Part shown: positions 9,755 through 19,091 of the stretch, piece after piece
Layout: the number at the start of each line of letters is the position of its first letter
Position numbering within the stretch: the stretch's first letter is position 1
Sequence record: OK040170.1
Reading direction: 5' to 3' (one strand)
Length of the DNA stretch: 64,000 nucleotides
The notes under the pieces: model-generated
The model's input: the letters and a program-made list of their open reading frames with translations, nothing else
Told to the model about the DNA's origin: nothing
The model's database searches: none
Position numbers and translations under genes: made by a program

Positions 9755-10354
9755 ATGGCTAAAAGTAATGAGAATGAAGTAGCGTTCTTCTTCCAGATTA
9801 CGCCCGAAACACGGCAGACTCTGTTGGAGACACCAGACTACCTCATCATCACTCAGTCGGAAATCCAAACCGTAGCCGACAACGGCCTGCGGTTAACTAA
9901 CCGTGTTCGTCGTACCGAAGCTGTTCAGGCTAAGACCTCAGTTGGGGTTGTGTTTGAGTGCGCGACTAAATATCGGTTCCCTGGTAAACCCGGCGATATG
10001 ACTTCTCGTTGTCTGGAACGTGAATTCCAAGTTAGCGAAGAAGAATACGAACTTGCGTTGCCTTTTGGTGAGCGAGTTTACCACAAGCGTCGTTTCTCAT
10101 TCAACTTAGCTGGATTTGAAGCAGACCTTGACTGGTTCGTCGAGAAAGAGTCTAACGACTTCGGCGAATGGGTTAAACTGGATATCAATGTTCCTGAGGA
10201 AGGCATCACTGACAGTAAGCTCTATCAGTTACTGACTAAGTTGCCGCAATCAGGCATCACTATTGCAAACCTGATTAACCCACCTGGTATTTACAACGAA
10301 CGTATCAAATCCACTATTAGTGACCTGATGCAGAATACCTGGAACCTGGCATAA
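9755..10354 (+). CDS. putative CYTH-like (triphosphate tunnel) protein
   Basis: N-terminal ENE, RVRR, ERE..VS, KRRF, DLDWF and VKLDI follow the CYTH motif order; the ExExK Lys is missing. Confidence 0.45.
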   Translation: MAKSNENEVAFFFQITPETRQTLLETPDYLIITQSEIQTVADNGLRLTNRVRRTEAVQAKTSVGVVFECATKYRFPGKPGDMTSRCLEREFQVSEEEYELALPFGERVYHKRRFSFNLAGFEADLDWFVEKESNDFGEWVKLDINVPEEGITDSKLYQLLTKLPQSGITIANLINPPGIYNERIKSTISDLMQNTWNLA

Positions 10355-10424
10355 AGCCAACCGTACGGCGTAGGGGAATTCCTCTACGCCAAAACACCCA
10401 TTTATTTTTGAGGAGTATATCTCC

Positions 10425-10865
10425 ATGCGCAAACAATGTATTATTTGTAACGTAACCTTCGATCTTTCCCAATTCATGCGTGACGGTAAAGAACATGCCG
10501 ATTGCAATGGTTGCAACTGCTTCCAAAAAGCGAAGCCTGCTGCCAAAGTATTTGAACGTGTTACTGAGGTAAAAGATACCTGCAAGTGCCCGACGTGTTT
10601 AGAAGAGAAATCGATTAAAGAGTTCACAAAGGACTACAAGGTATATCGTTATTGCAATACCTGTCGTACCGAAGCACTCGAAAAACGAAGTGCAAAAAAC
10701 AAAGAACTCTTGGGTGCATTCGCGCCCAAATCTCAAACGCTTTGCCGCTGTTATCGTTGCGGTCGCATTAGTGCCACAACGAGTGGGGATTTTAAAATAT
10801 CAACAACCTCCGAAACAGGGTATAGCTTTTACTGTTATACGGTTTGTAAAGGGAGACGTGGATGA
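10425..10865 (+). CDS. Cys-rich multi zinc-ribbon protein
   Basis: Repeated CxxC pairs (CIIC, CNGC, CPTC, CNTC, CYRC). Confidence 0.7.
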   Translation: MRKQCIICNVTFDLSQFMRDGKEHADCNGCNCFQKAKPAAKVFERVTEVKDTCKCPTCLEEKSIKEFTKDYKVYRYCNTCRTEALEKRSAKNKELLGAFAPKSQTLCRCYRCGRISATTSGDFKISTTSETGYSFYCYTVCKGRRG

Positions 10866-11323
10866 AAGTCACCGTTAAACTTTCTGAAGGTATTGTTCAG
10901 AACGTTTCAGTGATCGATGATAGTAACGACGTAGTGCTGAACATCGCCCGTCGTTCCTCGGTAGCCAGACATTGTTTAATCGTTGGTACCAAAGACGGTT
11001 TACAAGTTTACCGCATTACTCGTACGCAGGCTGGTCGTAAGTTACCGATCCGCCCACTACTTAATCTCATCGAAGAAGATCTGAAAAGCCACTATAACTT
11101 AATGTTCCGTGGCGTATGCTGGGGTAAGCCGTCCTACTCTGTTTACAATGGCGTTAACCACTTCGTACTCAATACCTGTTTTATTAGTACCTGGGAAGGC
11201 GAAATCACCGAAGTCTTTAAAGAGACTCTGGAAAAGGCTGGGCTAGACACAGTTCCCAAAGCTGGACTTGTCGAGTTCATCAAGTACTTTACCTTCCAAA
11301 CACCTGAGCCAGAAGAAGAATAG
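10862..11323 (+). CDS. hypothetical protein (153 aa)
   Basis: ATGA overlap with the previous stop. Confidence 0.75.
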   Translation: MKVTVKLSEGIVQNVSVIDDSNDVVLNIARRSSVARHCLIVGTKDGLQVYRITRTQAGRKLPIRPLLNLIEEDLKSHYNLMFRGVCWGKPSYSVYNGVNHFVLNTCFISTWEGEITEVFKETLEKAGLDTVPKAGLVEFIKYFTFQTPEPEEE

Positions 11324-11398
11324 AGAGAGCCTCTGCACACTTTGTGTGCAGAGGTTTTTCTTTCTGTTACCCTCTTTTCTTTTTTGTTAGGAGTGCCC

Positions 11399-12205
11399 AT
11401 GGAACAAGTCACCTCAGCTATACCTGAGTCTACTGTAGATGAAAACAAGTATGCCATGACCTTCATGCTTTCTTTCAAACCAGAGAATGTAACACCTGGG
11501 TCATTGATTATCGACTTGTATGCCAATGGGGAAACTTACCCCGTACTGCTCTCTGTACCGCTGGGCTATGAAGTTCCATTTGAGAACACCGGGGACGTTA
11601 AGAAGATTATTGAAACCCTGATGAAAGGGGGTGCTAAGTTCACGGATGATTGGAGGATTGTTTCTACTTTCCTGGTCCACAAGGTCAGCCTCATCGACGA
11701 TATGTATCGCTTTGAGTTTGGTGAAGTCGTTTGCGTTCCACACGTAGACGAAGATGGGTTCGTTAGCGACTATCAGGTTTTGGCTGACGATACTGAACTC
11801 GATATGTCTGTTCACCGCATTGATCGCCATCTCATTGTTGTTCACGATAAAGTCAGCAATGAAGATATTACCGTCCACATGGTGACTGAAGATCAACCGG
11901 TTAAAACTGGGGACTGCATCGCCACAATCTTCGATATCGATACCAAGGAGAACTTCATCTACAACCTTTACAACTACAAACGTAAAGACGATGAAGAAAA
12001 GACCAACTACATCTGCGCCATGGTTTGGTTGACTCAAACTCAATCACTTGGTCAGTTTAGTTTCATGACAGGTGACTTCAGTTTGGCTAAGAGCGACTTA
12101 GGTGATATTGACCCAGGTTACCTTGCAGCGACAGTAACAGAACCAGACGGAACTGAGTACGATTTCGAAATTCCTAAAGAGCACTATATCGCCTCACTTC
12201 ACTAA
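11399..12205 (+). CDS. hypothetical acidic protein
   Basis: ATG 11399 (MEQVTS) behind AGGAG. Confidence 0.75.
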   Translation: MEQVTSAIPESTVDENKYAMTFMLSFKPENVTPGSLIIDLYANGETYPVLLSVPLGYEVPFENTGDVKKIIETLMKGGAKFTDDWRIVSTFLVHKVSLIDDMYRFEFGEVVCVPHVDEDGFVSDYQVLADDTELDMSVHRIDRHLIVVHDKVSNEDITVHMVTEDQPVKTGDCIATIFDIDTKENFIYNLYNYKRKDDEEKTNYICAMVWLTQTQSLGQFSFMTGDFSLAKSDLGDIDPGYLAATVTEPDGTEYDFEIPKEHYIASLH

Positions 12206-12214
12206 AACAAAATA

Positions 12215-12237
12215 GGTAGGAGGGTTTCCCTCCTACT
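12215..12237. terminator. bidirectional terminator hairpin
   Basis: GTAGGAGGG-ttt-CCCTCCTAC between convergent genes. Confidence 0.7.
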
Positions 12238-12244
12238 TGTGACC

Positions 12245-13078
12245 TTACATGAATCCGCCGATAAGGTTTCGGTAATAGTTCCCAGCTGCACTGGCATCCG
12301 AAAGGAAGTTGACAGCTTGCCATTCTTCCCTGAAGTATTCTTTATAGAGCTCTGCTGCATCCGAGTATCCGTCGACGAACTCTTGGATGACTGGCATTTC
12401 ACTACCACCTTCCAAGTAGCCCTGATTAAGACTTACCTTCAGATTATTATAGATCCATGCTTTCGTTGCATAGACGCACAGCTGAACAAATTGTGGAACA
12501 GCCCTAGGTGGCAGGGTATTCATATCAGCGTCATGGGAAACACGGCAGGTAATAGAGCCTTGTTTAACAGAACCCATGTAGTCCGTGATGAGAATCGTAT
12601 TCTCACCAATCAGACGGACAGCTGCTGAACCCGTAAGACCACCTGGGGCGGCGGAGGTGAGGATTTTAGATGCGTAGTTCATCAACTGGGAGTTACCACA
12701 GTTGTTCATCGAGTAGTCGTTGTTCAACGTACCACCGATCATGGTTTGTGCACCCAGGTTATACGTATAGTTGAAGTACAACGTTTCAACAATAGTACGA
12801 CCCTGAGTTAAACGTTTAGGGATACGTACCACGGTACGATAGTCACCAGTTGGATCAGGGATTACTTCCGCTTGAGCTAATGGGATGTTAATCTCAAGAG
12901 CACCGAGAAGGTTACAATCTGCCCTGACTTTCGCATCGATAACTTTGTTACGGATCTCCCAGTCCAATGACCCCGGAGAGATTCGTTCCCTTCCTCGTTT
13001 ACCGAGAAATGCTATTTCAAGGACATCGGTTGGAATTTCAAACCGAATATCCGAGATAACTTTATGAAGGACTGACAT
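12245..13078 (-). CDS. conserved phiKZ-family hypothetical (probably structural) protein
   Basis: 277 aa with AGGAGG SD; divergent from PhuZ. Confidence 0.7.
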   Translation of the reverse strand: MSVLHKVISDIRFEIPTDVLEIAFLGKRGRERISPGSLDWEIRNKVIDAKVRADCNLLGALEINIPLAQAEVIPDPTGDYRTVVRIPKRLTQGRTIVETLYFNYTYNLGAQTMIGGTLNNDYSMNNCGNSQLMNYASKILTSAAPGGLTGSAAVRLIGENTILITDYMGSVKQGSITCRVSHDADMNTLPPRAVPQFVQLCVYATKAWIYNNLKVSLNQGYLEGGSEMPVIQEFVDGYSDAAELYKEYFREEWQAVNFLSDASAAGNYYRNLIGGFM

Positions 13079-13184
13079 GGGCTACCTCCTAGTAGGATCC
13101 GTCAGGTTATTTTTTACATCTCTTCTGAAGATGTGTAGCAATTACACAGATAAAGTAGTTTTTTCTTATCAGTAGTGAGGAAAT

Positions 13185-14147
13185 ATGCAAACTCGTAATA
13201 GCGTCTCTATCTATGGTTGTGGCGGTGCCGGTATCGACCTGGTAAACCGTCTGCTCGATCAAGACCTCAGTGGTCTGGCTTATGTCAACGCTGCCTTCGT
13301 AGACAGCAGCAAATCCAACTTCAACGGCCGCTACGATCCTAAGACGTGTTACGTCCTGGAAGGCGTAGATGGCTCCGGTAAAGAGCGTTCGATCAACTAC
13401 CCTCTGATCGCTCGTGCAGTAGACGATGTTCTGCTGTCACACAAACCATCCGACCTGAACATCCTGGTCTTCTCTGCATCCGGCGGTACTGGTTCAGTAT
13501 TCTCACTGAAAATCGCCGAAGCGCTGTGGGAACAAAACAAAGCCGTTCTGCTGTTCGTCGTCGGTTCGACCGAAAGCGGTAAAACCACCGGTAACGTTCT
13601 GGATACTCTGTATTCGATCGATACCATGGCTCGGAAGAAAAACGTCTCTGCGGTTGTCTACTACGACACCAATGGCAGCAACGTCCGTAACTCTGAAGTC
13701 GACATCAACATGCTGACCGGTATGCGTTGGATCCTGGATCTCTACGCAGGTACTCACCACGGCCTTGATAGCGCCGATGTTCTCAACTGGGCTCGTCCTA
13801 CTAGCGGCGCCAAAGTAACACCTCAGCTCTGCCTGCTGGACATCACCGAAGATCGCAACGAAGCGATCGAAATCGAAGCACCAATCTCTGTTGCTGAACT
13901 GCACGGTGACGACTATCGTGGTGAAGGTACTATCGCCGCTGACTACAGCGCGTATGGTAACCGTCGCGAAAGTGGTAAAGGTTCTCTGTACTTCAGCATC
14001 TACACCCATGGCCTGGGTTCGCTGATGGATGAACTGAAAACCATCAAGGACGATTACGAGCGTCGTAAGGCCTCTCGTGAGAAACTGACTTCTTCTGTAA
14101 TGAAGAACTCTGGGCCGTCCGAAGACGACGGGATGTTTTTCTCCTAA
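13185..14147 (+). CDS. phuZ: phage tubulin PhuZ
   Basis: IYGCGGAG N-terminal motif, SASGGTGS tubulin signature, DSADVLN region, acidic-hydrophobic C-tail (DDGMFFS). Confidence 0.93.
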   Translation: MQTRNSVSIYGCGGAGIDLVNRLLDQDLSGLAYVNAAFVDSSKSNFNGRYDPKTCYVLEGVDGSGKERSINYPLIARAVDDVLLSHKPSDLNILVFSASGGTGSVFSLKIAEALWEQNKAVLLFVVGSTESGKTTGNVLDTLYSIDTMARKKNVSAVVYYDTNGSNVRNSEVDINMLTGMRWILDLYAGTHHGLDSADVLNWARPTSGAKVTPQLCLLDITEDRNEAIEIEAPISVAELHGDDYRGEGTIAADYSAYGNRRESGKGSLYFSIYTHGLGSLMDELKTIKDDYERRKASREKLTSSVMKNSGPSEDDGMFFS

Positions 14148-14149
14148 TA

Positions 14150-14470
14150 GTATGTAGAAAACATTCTTCGTGTTTCAAAGTAGTTCAATCTTGATCTTCG
14201 GCAGTTAACGCTGCGCTTGGATTCGGATAAAACTCTGGGCGGGGTTAACCTCCCGCTCCGTTTAACAATTTGGAAAAGGTCTGAAGAAGACCAACCTCTC
14301 GCGGATTAAGTTCCGTACATTAGCCGACTAAATCGTATTCGGCTCTAAACAAGATATACCGCACTATAGATCTGCAAACAAACGTTGAACGATTGAACGC
14401 TGTAGCGTCTTCCTTCCGTAGCTATCTCCCTCGGCGACCTTAACCGGTCGTCGGGGAGAGATATGCTATT
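14150..14470 (+). other. highly structured intergenic region (candidate ncRNA)
   Basis: About 320 nt with no ORF and at least six consecutive hairpins, ending in TATCTCCC-TCGGCGACC/GGTCGTCGG-GGAGAGATA. Confidence 0.35.
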
Positions 14471-14500
14471 ATGACTTTTTGCTCGAAATGATTTCAGAAC

Positions 14501-14508
14501 TATATTAC
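14501..14508 (+). promoter_or_regulatory. TATATTAC phiKZ-type early promoter motif
   Basis: TATATTACTACAATGA upstream of the 14634-18974 operon; the motif recurs 7 times in intergenic DNA. Confidence 0.7.
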
Positions 14509-14633
14509 TACAATGATAGGAGTTTTATACTCTAGAACTTACTGTATCAAATTGTACGTAGCTTTCACTTATAATGAGGGTAGTTGCTGCACATTTGGTA
14601 TTAAATTGAATCTGGTGGATTACAGGGACAATT

Positions 14634-15026
14634 ATGATTGGGCAAACTACAGTAGTAGGTAACGTACCATTGCTGTTACGTTCTATCACGAAACCTTATC
14701 CTTACTTAGTCCATGAGAACACGATCTTCCAATTGATGTTATTCACTTGGTGGAGTGTAGGTGACCTCGGCTGGGCAGAGCAGTTGTATACCTGGGTAAT
14801 CAGGACTGGTAAGGATGAGCTTCCTCGAGCAGCCATGCTACTACCGGGAAGGAACCCGGTCGATTACGATAGGATGTTATTCGAGATATTTGATAACGTC
14901 TGTAATCACGAAGACATCCTCACTGACTACATGATCTCGAGCTTCGACCATTATCGACATCTGTACATTGAGGAAATCTATTTTAGGAAAAGGGAATTCA
15001 CACTGAAACTAGCGGTGAGAAAATGA
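14634..15026 (+). CDS. hypothetical protein (130 aa)
   Basis: First gene of an overlapping operon. Confidence 0.7.
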   Translation: MIGQTTVVGNVPLLLRSITKPYPYLVHENTIFQLMLFTWWSVGDLGWAEQLYTWVIRTGKDELPRAAMLLPGRNPVDYDRMLFEIFDNVCNHEDILTDYMISSFDHYRHLYIEEIYFRKREFTLKLAVRK

Positions 15027-15388
15027 TTATACTTTACGACATCAACACGATGATCAGTATAGCGAGAAAGATAGACCCAGAACTGAGCCAAGGAGACTTG
15101 CTTGAAATATTCATATTTTGCATTACGAAAGACAATGATCTAAATTTGGTACATCCGACTTATATTGACGGATCAAACAGAAGAGTAGCTGAGACAGTCA
15201 GGAGATTATGGCGGTTCATGCCAGGTTATAATTTCTTGGATATAGAGGATGTTCAACTCGCTCCATTCGGCCGTGTAGCAATACACGTAGATGAAGAGGA
15301 GTTCTACGACAGAAACCCTAATGCAATCCCTAGGAGTAAGTCATGGAGAGAATATACCGTCTCGACTACCCAATGTCTGTTCAAGTAA
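15023..15388 (+). CDS. hypothetical protein (121 aa)
   Basis: ATGA overlap. Confidence 0.7.
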   Translation: MIILYDINTMISIARKIDPELSQGDLLEIFIFCITKDNDLNLVHPTYIDGSNRRVAETVRRLWRFMPGYNFLDIEDVQLAPFGRVAIHVDEEEFYDRNPNAIPRSKSWREYTVSTTQCLFK

Positions 15389-15759
15389 TCCTGAATAAGC
15401 TGGATGGTTTGGAAGCTAAATACCGATTCCTTTATTCGTTAGTGAACACCGCTATATGGACAGGGATCTACGAAGGGGAATCGGATAAAACCCTTCCCTT
15501 CAACGAACATTATTACAACGATCACATCGAGTACGTATACGACGACGAAGAGATGTCTGAAGAAACTCTACAGGCTAGGATGAAGGAGTTGGATTTCTTA
15601 TCTGACTTATTCACTCGACCTGAGGGAATCAATCTCTTCGAGAACAGCCTGGCTACAATGGGTCGTTCTTTGTCAGATATCGTAGACGGTTTAGCCGATC
15701 CAGTTCTGGCTGTAGAAACCGCCTTGATTAGTCACTACGATGTTTCAGTTATGGATTAG
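15343..15759 (+). CDS. hypothetical acidic protein
   Basis: Operon member; true start may be ATG 15373. Confidence 0.65.
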   Translation: MERIYRLDYPMSVQVILNKLDGLEAKYRFLYSLVNTAIWTGIYEGESDKTLPFNEHYYNDHIEYVYDDEEMSEETLQARMKELDFLSDLFTRPEGINLFENSLATMGRSLSDIVDGLADPVLAVETALISHYDVSVMD

Positions 15760-15768
15760 AGGATTGCA

Positions 15769-16248
15769 ATGGGCAAGTTAGTTGTCGTAGATAGTTATTC
15801 GTTAACCGGGTTCTTGCTCAGTACAATACGACAGTTTATCCGTCGGTATCCTGAGTACCGTGAACGAATCGATCCGAACATTTCGATAAACAATTTGCAA
15901 GAAACTACCGAGCGCATCATCTGGAATATCATTCAGAAGGACAAGCGTTTCGGTTCCCCGGAGTATTGGGATGAGGTTCAGGAAATCGGGAAGTGGTTCA
16001 AGGGCTACGATCCCGAAGGCGTCTATATAGACGACCGTGGTGAAGAGCAAAATAGCGATGAGATGTCAGGTGAATTCTTCCGTGAAGTTATCGACATGTA
16101 CGAAGTTCGTATCCGGTCAGTATTGGGATCGATCGGCGTAGATCTCAGCTGGGAATATTTGGAGTACGAGAAATCTACACCAACCGCTCTTCTATTACGG
16201 AGTCACGGTGACTATCGTATTTACGATTATCACAAACGTAATGGGTGA
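15769..16248 (+). CDS. hypothetical acidic protein (159 aa)
   Basis: GAGGA SD. Confidence 0.75.
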   Translation: MGKLVVVDSYSLTGFLLSTIRQFIRRYPEYRERIDPNISINNLQETTERIIWNIIQKDKRFGSPEYWDEVQEIGKWFKGYDPEGVYIDDRGEEQNSDEMSGEFFREVIDMYEVRIRSVLGSIGVDLSWEYLEYEKSTPTALLLRSHGDYRIYDYHKRNG

Positions 16249-16251
16249 GTT

Positions 16252-16599
16252 ATGAGGACATGGTTGATTCCAGTAGAAACGCTACGGGCAAGATACACGA
16301 GGTTACTCGATAATGTAGATCGGGATGCGAAGAACTCAGTTAACGTTGAGGTGCATCTGAAATACTTGTTGGCTAACCTTATGGAACCCGATCTCTTCTC
16401 CTACCGTGTTGATGAGATAGCGAACGACTTGAGTATGTTTGGTTTCGACCATATTGTCTTTGATTGTTTGGTCTTGGAGGTTAGTGATTTCTTCAAGAAA
16501 CAAATCGTCTATCACACCGGCTTACCCCCGCATCTTTTCGAAGGAAACTGGCACCTTGACTTCCCAACAAGAACGTTATCGGTCAGTGCATATTGTTGA
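16252..16599 (+). CDS. hypothetical protein (115 aa)
   Basis: Operon member. Confidence 0.65.
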   Translation: MRTWLIPVETLRARYTRLLDNVDRDAKNSVNVEVHLKYLLANLMEPDLFSYRVDEIANDLSMFGFDHIVFDCLVLEVSDFFKKQIVYHTGLPPHLFEGNWHLDFPTRTLSVSAYC

Positions 16600-17059
16600 T
16601 ATCTCGAACCTACTCAGTCTATTTAAAGTCATGGTGAGTCCGTATGGGCTCTCCGTGGCTGATTGTGTTCGGGTAGCATTCCTTTATGCCATGACCTATT
16701 CAGTAAACAGTGATGGATCCTCTGTCTTTGACATGAGGTTACGTTATCGTATCGTTAATGAGATGGAGGTACTGGTCGAGAAATCGTTGATCAAACATCC
16801 ACTTAATAACGAAGAGGAGTATGAATTACATCGGACTAATATCTACCTGATGATTCAGAAAATGTCTCGTAATCTAGGGCCGCAATCCTCAGGGTACTTC
16901 GGCGTTATTGATTCTATAGAGGATATAATGTTCGATTTTGATCTCACCTTAGGAACGCTCTATGTTAGATTTAAGAAGCCCGCCTGGGAGGCATTCAAAG
17001 AGAATAGTTCTATATCTCGACTACAAAGAGGAAATCCACGATCTCTATCTCAGCCTTAG
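16586..17059 (+). CDS. hypothetical protein
   Basis: Track ORF 16439-17059; GTG 16586 chosen to reduce overlap, start uncertain. Confidence 0.55.
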   Translation: MHIVDISNLLSLFKVMVSPYGLSVADCVRVAFLYAMTYSVNSDGSSVFDMRLRYRIVNEMEVLVEKSLIKHPLNNEEEYELHRTNIYLMIQKMSRNLGPQSSGYFGVIDSIEDIMFDFDLTLGTLYVRFKKPAWEAFKENSSISRLQRGNPRSLSQP

Positions 17060-17369
17060 TAAAGACTGGGGGATCATTGGAGCACCTCGATTGTTGATCG
17101 AAGGGGCTATCAACTCTATTACGGCCTCTACGCCTCCTAAGGTAATACTTAAGGAACTCTCCGAAATCATCATGTTAGTTCGTAATCCGTTCTTCCAGAA
17201 AGAGAATTGGGACATGAACAACTGGATGTCTGACGCGCTCGTTTTTTACGGCATGTTTCAAAAGTTCTATGCGCATGTTCTACTTGCCAGGAACTTAACC
17301 GGAGAGTACTCCGTATCATCTATCGACTTCAGTCAATCTTCAATAAGGTTGATGTTGGAGAAACCATGA
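16962..17369 (+). CDS. hypothetical protein (135 aa)
   Basis: Operon member; start uncertain. Confidence 0.6.
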   Translation: MLDLRSPPGRHSKRIVLYLDYKEEIHDLYLSLSKDWGIIGAPRLLIEGAINSITASTPPKVILKELSEIIMLVRNPFFQKENWDMNNWMSDALVFYGMFQKFYAHVLLARNLTGEYSVSSIDFSQSSIRLMLEKP

Positions 17370-17806
17370 TTAACCGTAACTTCACTTCCACGGCATTATT
17401 CGAGATTCGTGGATGGAATGCAGGTGTTCTAGATGCATTCGTAAAGAGGCACGCTCCGGATCTAACTGGCCCGGAGTTACTTAAGTATGCTGCTCAGTTG
17501 TCTTTGGATTACTACATCCATCCCAATGGAGAAGCGTTTGATAATCTCCAGGATAATCTTGAAGAACAGTTTGGTTATAACGAGTTGACGGAAGATAGCC
17601 CGGATTACGTTTATGAGCAAATTGAACGTGAAGTGCAAGTATATGTGGAAATCGTATCTGACTTCGCAAGGTATCTTGATAAAGAAATCGAACGCATCGC
17701 CAGCCGTATCGACATCCCGTTGAGCCGAGTCAGTATTGATCGTGCATTCGTACGCGGGCACACATTCGGTTTACAGTTAGTCGATTATGACCGGGAGGTT
17801 TGGTGA
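17366..17806 (+). CDS. hypothetical acidic protein (146 aa)
   Basis: GGAG SD, ATGA overlap. Confidence 0.75.
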   Translation: MINRNFTSTALFEIRGWNAGVLDAFVKRHAPDLTGPELLKYAAQLSLDYYIHPNGEAFDNLQDNLEEQFGYNELTEDSPDYVYEQIEREVQVYVEIVSDFARYLDKEIERIASRIDIPLSRVSIDRAFVRGHTFGLQLVDYDREVW

Positions 17807-18258
17807 GCACCGTAGCTAAAGTAATTGTCTTTGAAGCACTTGAGTATTTAAGGCTGTTGGAAAACCTGTGTTCTGTAGTAGAAGCCTCTGACGAAATGGT
17901 ATATGTCAGCCGTGAAGGTATTACCCATTGTATTCTGGATGATATCATGAGCGGCGGCACATTCGAGGGCTCTATGCGGGGCTATGTGTTTGCCGATAGT
18001 AAATGTAAAATGGATGTTGCTCTTGAAATAATCGAAGAGCAGCGTGAGTTATTAAGGAATGAATTGACTCAGGTAATGATGCGTCAGTGCATGGGTGTAA
18101 TCAAAGATGCCTCTTTCATTGATAACTTCACCATACTCGGGTTAACTAAATCCATTGCGATGAGATACCTGACAAATGATTCTGAAATGTTACCACAGCA
18201 GCGTATATCTCCCCGTCGTAATTGGGGAATACGTAGACGCGATAACCGGGCGTATTAA
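17800..18258 (+). CDS. hypothetical protein (152 aa)
   Basis: GGAGG SD in the previous gene's tail. Confidence 0.7.
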   Translation: MVSTVAKVIVFEALEYLRLLENLCSVVEASDEMVYVSREGITHCILDDIMSGGTFEGSMRGYVFADSKCKMDVALEIIEEQRELLRNELTQVMMRQCMGVIKDASFIDNFTILGLTKSIAMRYLTNDSEMLPQQRISPRRNWGIRRRDNRAY

Positions 18259-18556
18259 GAAAGAGGCTAGCGAGTCTGGGGAAGATCTGGAGATCGACCC
18301 CGTCTTCGTCATGGAAGAAGCCGTTAAAGAGATTGAATGGTGTTTCATTGAACTGTTGTCTCTCGAGGAAGGAACACCGCCTACTTTCGATTGGTTAATT
18401 AACTCGAGTTTACCTGCAATCAACTTCTATCGTTCTTTGATGGATACCGATGTCTTCACCCATCTACACAATGAGGAGTTCGACTTCGTAAGTCTGGATG
18501 TTATGAATTCTTGCGAAATCTTAGTAACTCTGAAATGGAGAAGTAAAAATGGCTGA
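18176..18556 (+). CDS. hypothetical acidic protein (126 aa)
   Basis: Operon member. Confidence 0.65.
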   Translation: MILKCYHSSVYLPVVIGEYVDAITGRIKKEASESGEDLEIDPVFVMEEAVKEIEWCFIELLSLEEGTPPTFDWLINSSLPAINFYRSLMDTDVFTHLHNEEFDFVSLDVMNSCEILVTLKWRSKNG

Positions 18557-18974
18557 AGCAGGTAACAAGATCCTAGGTAAGTTTAACCTGGGTGATCGGG
18601 TTACGTTCCAGATTTACCCGGTGACACTTTACGGTGACATTTTCCGTAACTGCGTCCCTACTGACCTTATCTCGTTCAAGTCAACGCCTCGCTTTAATGT
18701 CGATGCTGCCGCTGAACACGCTAAGGTCTACAACTTACTTCCACCTGGCCAAGCGCCAAATGACCCTGCGGGTTATAAGTGGTTAGTAGTTACTCTGGAG
18801 AACGGCGATGAGCGCGTAATCGGGTTACCTTGGATTAAGGTTGATACAATCCAGGTAATCCAGGTGGTTAACACCTACGTGACTATCCCGAACACTGCCC
18901 CAGAAGATCAAGAGAAGATTCGACTGGCACTCTCTGCCGCAGGTTTCAACGACGTCGAAATCAATCAGCGATAA
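18549..18974 (+). CDS. conserved phiKZ-family protein upstream of DNA polymerase (gp49-like)
   Basis: GGAG SD; followed by a strong hairpin; family call from synteny. Confidence 0.6.
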   Translation: MAEAGNKILGKFNLGDRVTFQIYPVTLYGDIFRNCVPTDLISFKSTPRFNVDAAAEHAKVYNLLPPGQAPNDPAGYKWLVVTLENGDERVIGLPWIKVDTIQVIQVVNTYVTIPNTAPEDQEKIRLALSAAGFNDVEINQR

Positions 18975-19091
18975 CATACTCCTCCCTCTGCCTAATGGCA
19001 GAGGGAGGGCTATTTATTCTCTTTCTTTTTTCTTTTACGTCATGGGCTGATGGTATAGATGAAAGTTTAAGATTAGAAAAAAGGGATTAAC

